Program-made: the position numbers and the translations under genes
Notes under the pieces: generated by a model
The model's input: only the letters and a program-made list of their open reading frames with translations
Databases searched by the model: none
What the model was told of the DNA's origin: nothing
Part shown: piece by piece, positions 49,805 through 56,647 of the stretch
Numbering within the stretch: the first letter of the stretch is position 1
Layout of the letters: every line of letters begins with the position of its first letter
From: Bacteroidota bacterium
GTDB taxonomy: Bacteria; Bacteroidota; Ignavibacteria; Kapaibacteriales; HRBIN21
Direction of reading: 5' to 3'
NCBI GenBank assembly: GCA_030550395.1
Contig: JAUQPL010000010.1
Coordinates: 12 to 64,011 of the forward strand
Length of the DNA stretch: 64,000 nt

Positions 49805-50201
49805 AGCACATCGCTCAGATTGATGGAACATACACCACTCAGGAATGCCCATGCAGGTGGGGAAAGGGACTGCTTCGGCAAGGAGCCCCTACTACCGGGA
49901 CAGCCTGTACTGTGCAGGCTTTCCATCCCCTTCCCTTGCAGGCAGGTCTTCCGGCTCCGGGTTCTTCCTCCTCCCCTGCCTTCCCATCTGCAAGCGCAGA
50001 CAGTGGCTGCCTTCTCGGCTTTGGGGAATCGTCCCCCGTCACGGCGGCACAGACCGCGCAGGATTTGCACCTGCTTCCCTATTCTCCAGGCTTACCCCAA
50101 AGGGGCAAGCCCAGCACCTGCAAAAGGCATCTAAAGCAAAAATAGCAAAAACCCTCGCCTCCGCCAGGGCGGAAAAAAGGAGCTCTATTACATAGGAGTG
50201 C

Positions 50202-50221
50202 CAATTGTCTGGCGACAATTG
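50202..50221 (+). promoter_or_regulatory. perfect inverted repeat CAATTGTC-TGGC-GACAATTG (candidate repressor operator) overlapping the promoter of the FNT/heme-copper-oxidase cluster
   Basis: 8-bp arms are perfect reverse complements separated by 4 bp. It ends 1 nt before the TATATTTG -7 box and lies about 60 nt upstream of the FNT ATG. Confidence 0.45.
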
Positions 50222-50229
50222 TATATTTG
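50222..50229 (+). promoter_or_regulatory. FCB-type sigmaA -7 box (TAnnTTTG: TATATTTG) upstream of the FNT gene
   Basis: Matches the Bacteroidetes -7 consensus. A TTG lies 15 nt upstream. 53 nt before the ATG at 50283. Confidence 0.4.
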
Positions 50230-50282
50230 CACTGGCATCCATTCCTTATGGAGAAAGTCATCCGTCATCGCATAAAGAAGCC

Positions 50283-51059
50283 ATGTATCTGCGTCCTGAA
50301 GAAGCCATAGCCTCCATGATCGCAACGGCGCAGAAGAAAGCAGGGCTACCATGGCAGATACTGATCATACGCGGATTCCTCTCGGGTGCATTGTTAGGCT
50401 ATGCAACTTCCTTAGCACTGGTGCCACAGGTACAAGGACTGCCCCCGTTCGTCGGGGCCATGATTTTCCCTGTTGGCTTCGTGTTATTGGTCCTGCTGGG
50501 GTTAGAGTTGGCAACTGGGAACTTTGCTCTATTGCCGCTGGCCGCATTTGCGCGGCAACTCACTGCCACACACGTTGTCCGTAACTGGCTCTGGGTGTAC
50601 GTAGGGAACTTGCTGGGCGGACTCTGCTACGCCCTGTTCTACACGACGGCAATTCACGATGAGAAGTTAAGTGCTCTCCTCATCACACTTGCCCATCGGA
50701 AGACGCTCGCTTATCAAGCAATGGGCGCCGCTGGGTGGGGAATCGCCCTGCTCAAAGGGGTTCTCTGTAACTGGATGGTCACGCTGGGTACTGCCATCGC
50801 TTTCTTTTCAACAACGACGACGGGCAAAGTGCTGACCATGTGGCTACCGATTATGGCATTCTTTGCTCTCGGCTACGAGCATAGCGTGGTCAACATGTTT
50901 GTTATCCCGTCCGCCCTCTTCCTGGGAGCGCCTTCTCTGACGGTGAGCACCTGGTGGGTGTGGAATCAAATCCCGGTCACTCTCGGCAACATCATCGGCG
51001 CCATTCTGTTGACCAGCCTTCCTCTCTTGACATATACCCGGTCCGTCCCACAAGCATAA
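50283..51059 (+). CDS. formate/nitrite transporter family channel (FocA/NirC-like)
   Basis: FNT signatures GLELATGNF and GYEHSVVNMF. 6 TM. Confidence 0.8.
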   Translation: MYLRPEEAIASMIATAQKKAGLPWQILIIRGFLSGALLGYATSLALVPQVQGLPPFVGAMIFPVGFVLLVLLGLELATGNFALLPLAAFARQLTATHVVRNWLWVYVGNLLGGLCYALFYTTAIHDEKLSALLITLAHRKTLAYQAMGAAGWGIALLKGVLCNWMVTLGTAIAFFSTTTTGKVLTMWLPIMAFFALGYEHSVVNMFVIPSALFLGAPSLTVSTWWVWNQIPVTLGNIIGAILLTSLPLLTYTRSVPQA

Positions 51060-51072
51060 AGGGAGCCGCGTC

Positions 51073-51621
51073 ATGTCACAGAGCACCGTACTTACCTTAT
51101 TCTTGCTCGGCACAGCTATCATTGCGATAGTGTTCTGGTGGGTGTGGCGAAGCTCTTATCAGACCGCTTCTCAGAGTGTTGAACCTCTACGACGGTGGGT
51201 CTTCATTGGGCTGCTCGTCTTCGCAGGTATCTTTACTGGGCTAACACTTTCCCGAATGCCGTATTTTCTCTACGCCGACGAGATGCCGGCACGGGTTGTG
51301 CACGTTGTTGCCCGGCAATTTGCCTTTGCAATCTCAGAGCGACCGATTGAAAACGATGCGGACTATGCAGCAGCTTTAGGTCAGACGGTAGAGCTTCCCG
51401 TAGGTCAGGTAGTGGAATTCCGCGTGACTTCCTTCGACGTCAACCACGGCTTTGCTCTCTATGCTCCCCATGGGCGGATTGTAGCACAAGTCCAGGCAAT
51501 GCCTGGATACATCAACCGGCTACGGTGGCGCTTTGATCAACCGGGCGAGTACATTGCCCAATGTCTGGAATACTGTGGCGCTGCCCATGCTGGTATGCAC
51601 GCCCGCTTTGTGGTTAAATAA
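51073..51621 (+). CDS. heme-copper oxidase subunit II, CuA-containing, B-family (ba3)-like
   Basis: Single TM plus cupredoxin. CuA ligands FDVNHGF ... CLEYCGAAHAGMH (H, C-x-E-x-C-G-x2-H-x2-M). The layout resembles Thermus ba3 CbaB. Confidence 0.85.
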   Translation: MSQSTVLTLFLLGTAIIAIVFWWVWRSSYQTASQSVEPLRRWVFIGLLVFAGIFTGLTLSRMPYFLYADEMPARVVHVVARQFAFAISERPIENDADYAAALGQTVELPVGQVVEFRVTSFDVNHGFALYAPHGRIVAQVQAMPGYINRLRWRFDQPGEYIAQCLEYCGAAHAGMHARFVVK

Positions 51622-51645
51622 GGTCAAACAAACAGAGGAGCACCC

Positions 51646-53070
51646 ATGAAGGCGTTGGACCGCATTACAGCTGCATGGATTGTGACAGTGTTGCTTGTCT
51701 TCCCCATTGCAATCCTCTTAGGTATCCTAATGCGCCTCAACCAGGCGAACGTGCTGGAGCTGTCATCGCTGACTTTTTATTCCTTTATGACAGCTCATGG
51801 ACTCCTCATGGTGGGCATTTGGTTCACCATGAGTATGGCAGGGGTTAGTTACCTGCTCCAGCGGTATGTTGAGGTCAAAGTGTGGCCAGTCACCCTGGGG
51901 TATGTACTGACGCTTGTCGGGGTTGTGCTTCTTCTTGCAGCAATTTTTCTCGGCGACTTCCACACTGGATGGTATTTCCTCTACCCACTCCCTTTCTATG
52001 CCCGCACCGAGCAATGGGCAACCACAGCCTTCCTCCTCTCTCTGGGGAGCCTAGGAGTAGGCTGGACTGTCTGGGTACTGGGATTGCTGGTAGCAATCCT
52101 GCGGAAATACTCCCTCTCTCAAGCACTAGCGTGGCAACACTTGGTGGGTAAACAAGAACCCGAGACACCCCCGTTTATCCTTATTACGACGACAACTCTC
52201 CTGGGACTGGTACCCGCATTCATTGCCGCTGTCGTGCTGCTGGTGCTCTTCTTTATTGAGCACCTAAGCGGAGTTAAGCAAGACGCCCTGCTGATGAAGA
52301 ATCTCACCTTCTACTTCGGGCATACGCTGGTCAACGAGATGCTCTACTTCGGAATTGCAACGCTCTACGAGCTTTTCCCCTCGTTTGCTGGGAAGCCACC
52401 ATACAAGACCAAACCTTTCGTAGCAGCAGCATGGAACCTGGTATTACTGGTAGTATGGACGGCGTACTTCCATCACCTGTACATGGACTTTGTGCAGCCG
52501 ACCGTCGTTCAATACATTGGACAGCTAGCCTCCTGGATTGCCCCAATTCCCGCTGTTGCCGTAACCACATTCTCTGTATTGGCGACAGTATACCGCTCGG
52601 GAATGAAGTGGTGGTTAGCACCCACGTTCTTCTTTACCGGCGTGATGTTCTGGATTATCGGCGGACTTGGGGCAATTCTGGACGCTATCGTAGCCAACAA
52701 CTTTGTACTCCACAACACGCTGTGGGTGCCGGGTCATTTCCACACGTACAATCTCCTGGGGAATGTGCTTTTTAGCCTGGGCTTCATCACATGGTTCGTT
52801 CGGGAAAAGAGCGGTGACGACAGTAGCCGTCTCTACCGCCCCGTAGCAACGTTGTACCTGCTGGGAGGAACTGGATTTGTCTTGGCATTCTTCATTGCCG
52901 GGAGCGCTTCGGTCATGCGCCGGGTGGACAAGTACCCGCACCTGGTCAGCAGTGGGAGTTTCTGGGCCCTTATCGGTGCTATTTTTGTACTGTTTGTCCT
53001 GACAGCTGTTCTCTTCTACGTCTTCCATGCTGTCCGACGATGCTGGCGTGTATTAGTGGGCTCCTCCTGA
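51646..53070 (+). CDS. heme-copper oxidase superfamily subunit I, B-family-derived, with Tyr->Asn/Glu at the His-Tyr cross-link position (nitric-oxide-reductase-like)
   Basis: All six His ligands present: H51; H226 (GHTLV); H276/H277 (YFHHLY); H364/H366 (HNTLWVPGHFH). Where ba3 has GHPIVY, this protein has GHTLVNE (N230, E231). Length is 474 aa. Confidence 0.85.
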   Translation: MKALDRITAAWIVTVLLVFPIAILLGILMRLNQANVLELSSLTFYSFMTAHGLLMVGIWFTMSMAGVSYLLQRYVEVKVWPVTLGYVLTLVGVVLLLAAIFLGDFHTGWYFLYPLPFYARTEQWATTAFLLSLGSLGVGWTVWVLGLLVAILRKYSLSQALAWQHLVGKQEPETPPFILITTTTLLGLVPAFIAAVVLLVLFFIEHLSGVKQDALLMKNLTFYFGHTLVNEMLYFGIATLYELFPSFAGKPPYKTKPFVAAAWNLVLLVVWTAYFHHLYMDFVQPTVVQYIGQLASWIAPIPAVAVTTFSVLATVYRSGMKWWLAPTFFFTGVMFWIIGGLGAILDAIVANNFVLHNTLWVPGHFHTYNLLGNVLFSLGFITWFVREKSGDDSSRLYRPVATLYLLGGTGFVLAFFIAGSASVMRRVDKYPHLVSSGSFWALIGAIFVLFVLTAVLFYVFHAVRRCWRVLVGSS

Positions 53071-53798
53071 TTGCAACAGGTATCCTAGGAGCACAGCTCA
53101 ACGAGGGGCGCTATTATCTGCGTAGACTGCCTGATGTTCCCCTCATACTCACAGATGGGGAGCAGACGTCCCTGTACCGTTTCCTCCAACACCAATCCAT
53201 CCTCCTCACTCTTTTTTCGGCTCGCTGTGGGGGACTCTGCTCCCCGTACCTTCTCTTTCTCAAGCAAGCGCTGGGTACCGCACCGGAGGGCTTTACCGTA
53301 TTAGCCCTAAGCTTTGACAGTCGCGACACTCGTTCCGACGTCCGGGCAATGGCACACCGCTTAGGACTAGCAGAACAGCCAGGATGGCGATGGGGCATTA
53401 TTCCTCCGGAGCATATCCCACGCCTACTGACCACTCTGGGTTACTCCGTGCGATACGACAGCGCTCGCAGGGAATACGACCACTCCATTGTCGTTGTAGT
53501 CATTGACCGACGCGGAAACATCCTCCGCCGCATGGAAGGAATTCAAGACGCGTCGCTACTCAAAGACCTTGTCCGTGAAGCCCGGGGAGAGTTCGTTCTA
53601 TCATATCCCCTCCCCACAACAGAAGTAGCTCTCCGCTGTTTTGAACTGGACAAAGAAACCGGCTCTTGGCGACTGAGCTGGGGCATGGCGCTACTTCTGA
53701 TTCCGCCAGCAACTTCTTTCGTTGTTGCCGTGCTCCTCCAATTACTGCTCCTCCCCGTGCGACGCGCCAAGAGCTGCCAGAAGGGAAGTGCATGTTAG
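53040..53798 (+). CDS. Sco1/SenC-family copper chaperone
   Basis: Thioredoxin fold with CGGLCSP (CxxxCP) and a downstream conserved His (YDHSIVVVVIDRRG). C-terminal TM. Confidence 0.7.
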   Translation: MLACISGLLLIATGILGAQLNEGRYYLRRLPDVPLILTDGEQTSLYRFLQHQSILLTLFSARCGGLCSPYLLFLKQALGTAPEGFTVLALSFDSRDTRSDVRAMAHRLGLAEQPGWRWGIIPPEHIPRLLTTLGYSVRYDSARREYDHSIVVVVIDRRGNILRRMEGIQDASLLKDLVREARGEFVLSYPLPTTEVALRCFELDKETGSWRLSWGMALLLIPPATSFVVAVLLQLLLLPVRRAKSCQKGSAC

Positions 53799-53883
53799 TC
53801 GCATAAGGATACAAAAGCCTCTTCCATGCGGTCTTCGGCAGCGGCAGATTTCTATTGCTCAGTAAATACTAGGTGCTACTTCC

Positions 53884-54915
53884 ATGCGCAGATTGCTCCT
53901 CCTGACACTTGTAGCCGGAATTTCTGTTTCTACCCTCCGCACACAGCAGAATGCGTTAGCAGTGAGAGGATACTTCTTCGGCGATTACTTCTACAAGCCC
54001 GGCGGAGACTCCACAGCGCTTCCAGGACAATATACCCAGTACCGGCGGGATGCCCATGCGTTCCAGTTCCGCCGCCTCTACTTTTGGGCTGACGCACAGC
54101 CAAGCACTCACTGCTCGGTACGGTTCCTCCTGGAAGCGACCGACGCCTCGTTAGACGAGCGCCGACGATACTCGTTCTTTGTCAAAGAGGCCTCCATCAC
54201 ATGGGATAGTCTTGGCTTCCCATTTGTGCAAGTACAAGGTGGTCTCATCCCAACGCCAACCTGGCGCTTAGTAGAGCAGTACTGGGAACGCAGCCTGGAA
54301 CGCACTGTTACAGACTTCTGGAACTGGGGAAATGCCGTGGACTTTGGTATTGCTCTCCGCGGTCAGTTCCCGTCAGAACATCCTATCGTTCGTAGCACTC
54401 TTATGGTGGGCAGCGGAGAGGGACCACGTCTGGAGATAGACCGTTTGAAAAAGCTTTACGCCCAAATCGCCTTGCAGCTATGGAAGACCACGTGGCTTGA
54501 GCTCTACAGCGACTGGGACATTACCACAACAGCACAAGGCACCAGCACGTTCAAAGCATTCCTGGGACACCAACAGCAATGGTTCCGAGGAGGAATGGAA
54601 GTGGTGCTTCGCCGATTCCACGTATCGGGGCAGTTGGTTTTGCCAGTGGGGATCAGCTTTTTCGGCAGCTTCCGGCTGCTGGAAAAACCGGCACTGCAGA
54701 CTATAGCTCGCTATGACTGGATAAACGACAACCGTCGGACATCCGACCAAGGCTTCATCCATCACTTCGCGCTCGTAGGGCTGGAATACGCTCCTCTGCC
54801 ACAGCTCCGCCTGACACCGAATCTCTGGCTCCTGGGACATACTGCCAAAGGAAACACCCCTCACCTCAAAACGGATGTCGTCGCCCGTCTAACCTTTTTC
54901 GTGATGTATCCGTAA
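53884..54915 (+). CDS. putative outer-membrane beta-barrel protein (porin-like), hypothetical
   Basis: Signal peptide. Alternating amphipathic beta-strand pattern rich in aromatics. No family recognised. Confidence 0.45.
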   Translation: MRRLLLLTLVAGISVSTLRTQQNALAVRGYFFGDYFYKPGGDSTALPGQYTQYRRDAHAFQFRRLYFWADAQPSTHCSVRFLLEATDASLDERRRYSFFVKEASITWDSLGFPFVQVQGGLIPTPTWRLVEQYWERSLERTVTDFWNWGNAVDFGIALRGQFPSEHPIVRSTLMVGSGEGPRLEIDRLKKLYAQIALQLWKTTWLELYSDWDITTTAQGTSTFKAFLGHQQQWFRGGMEVVLRRFHVSGQLVLPVGISFFGSFRLLEKPALQTIARYDWINDNRRTSDQGFIHHFALVGLEYAPLPQLRLTPNLWLLGHTAKGNTPHLKTDVVARLTFFVMYP

Positions 54916-54970
54916 TCCCCCGGCGCTCAACTTAGCATAAGGGTTCCCCTATAGGGCGACTACCAAGTGT

Positions 54971-54978
54971 GTATCTTT
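54971..54978 (+). promoter_or_regulatory. TAnnTTTG -7 box (TATCTTTG) upstream of the lipoprotein/TonB-receptor pair
   Basis: About 140 nt upstream of the SD-preceded ATG at 55118. Confidence 0.3.
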
Positions 54979-55117
54979 GCATTGTGCACTCCGCACGCGC
55001 TCCTCTCTCCAGCCGACTACTGGGAATATGGAGCCCTTGCATTCTCACAAACCTGAAGAGCGCTCGACGTGCAGAGAGGGCAACGCCACTGGTGTTGCAG
55101 CACAACCCCGCGGAGGA

Positions 55118-56647
55118 ATGGACGCTGAAAATGCTGGGACACCCTGGAGAGCCTCACGAGCTGTCTTGGCGCTTACTACTGTTGCAGCCCTCTCCATAGG
55201 ATGTAGCAACCCATTTGTGGGGGCACCTTTGCCGAACCTCCCCCCAGAAACACTACTTTGGGTTGATACCATCGCAACCGCCCAACAAAGCCAAGCCCAT
55301 CTATTCTGGCGTGGAGACGATCCCGATGGATTCGTTATCGGTTTCCTTGTGAGCCTCAATGGAAAGGAGTGGTACTACACACAGCGCCGCGATACTGTTG
55401 TCAGCTTCACGGTCGGTACAGAGGATACTCTCTACCTCATCGCCGTAGCTGCCGTTGACAATTCTGCTCCTCGCCTCCCTCGAGCAGGCGCGCGAGTAGA
55501 ATTTGTTGACAGCAACGGTAATGGGACTCACGATGACGGCGAATCCTTTGTAGGGCTGGAAGGGGCTGTAGACCCCACTCCTGCTCGCCTCTCCTACCCC
55601 GTCCGCAACAGCCCTCCTCGGCTCTTCTGGGGAAGCGATACCACAGAAGCGGCCGCCCGCAGCGTATGGCTCCCAGAGACTACCTTCACGGTAGCCACAT
55701 TCCGCTTCACCGCTGTTGACCCCGATGGTCCCAACCAGATTGCCTACTACGAATGGGCACTCAATGACACAAGCCATTGGAACCTCTTACCGGCGACGAC
55801 GGAGTTCTTCACCTTGCGAGAAGCCGATGGTCTACGTCCAGAAACGGAAAACCGTCTCTTCCTGCGAGCGACTGATATCGGAGGACTCCGAAGCCCGGTG
55901 CTGGAGTATCCCCCACCAGGTCGCCGATGGTATGTCCACAAACCCAAAGGACCCCTTCTGCTCATACACGACTACGGCATTGCCGATGGAGCAGATACAT
56001 TTTACACAAACGCCCTCCAACGTATTGCGGGCGGACGCCTCCGGGACCGGTTTGACGTGCTTGATATCCGCAGCGGACGCACTGCACAATCTCCTCCCCG
56101 CAACATACCCCCTTTCCTGAGCCCAATGTTTGTGGAAACCCTACGCCTCTTTGAAGCCATCCTGTGGTACGGTGACCCACAGTTTGCTCTGGACATTGCG
56201 CAGGCAGTTCTACCCGAGTACGTGCGCTCCGGTGGGAAAGTGCTCCTGGTCACCACATTGCCCAGCGTCATTAACCCGTCCGCTGCTTATAGCGACATTG
56301 CCCCAATAGACAGCCTCAGCCAACGAGAGCTGTTCTCCACCCCAGCAGCATTGCCCAACGGAACGGTTCTCCTACCCGACAGCACCCTTCCAGAGGGTTC
56401 TTATCCCGCCCTCATCAAGGAGCGTGGGGTTGCCGTCGGCATCCACGCCCTCTTCCCGAACGCAACAGCAAGACCGTTATACCGACTTCCTGCCAGCCCG
56501 CATTATTCAGGAACTCCCACCGTTGCTGTCCGCAGTGGGAATCGCCAAGTCTTCTTCCTCCACTTCCCTCTGCATCTCTTCAACCGCGACGGAGGAGCGG
56601 AACAGCTTCTGGAGCGTGTCCTTATTGGGACATTCGGACTACAATGA
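55118..56647 (+). CDS. hypothetical lipoprotein (about 510 aa)
   Basis: GGAGGA SD plus ATG at 55118. Lipobox LSIGCS. Its stop overlaps the TonB-receptor start (ATGA). Confidence 0.6.
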   Translation: MDAENAGTPWRASRAVLALTTVAALSIGCSNPFVGAPLPNLPPETLLWVDTIATAQQSQAHLFWRGDDPDGFVIGFLVSLNGKEWYYTQRRDTVVSFTVGTEDTLYLIAVAAVDNSAPRLPRAGARVEFVDSNGNGTHDDGESFVGLEGAVDPTPARLSYPVRNSPPRLFWGSDTTEAAARSVWLPETTFTVATFRFTAVDPDGPNQIAYYEWALNDTSHWNLLPATTEFFTLREADGLRPETENRLFLRATDIGGLRSPVLEYPPPGRRWYVHKPKGPLLLIHDYGIADGADTFYTNALQRIAGGRLRDRFDVLDIRSGRTAQSPPRNIPPFLSPMFVETLRLFEAILWYGDPQFALDIAQAVLPEYVRSGGKVLLVTTLPSVINPSAAYSDIAPIDSLSQRELFSTPAALPNGTVLLPDSTLPEGSYPALIKERGVAVGIHALFPNATARPLYRLPASPHYSGTPTVAVRSGNRQVFFLHFPLHLFNRDGGAEQLLERVLIGTFGLQ

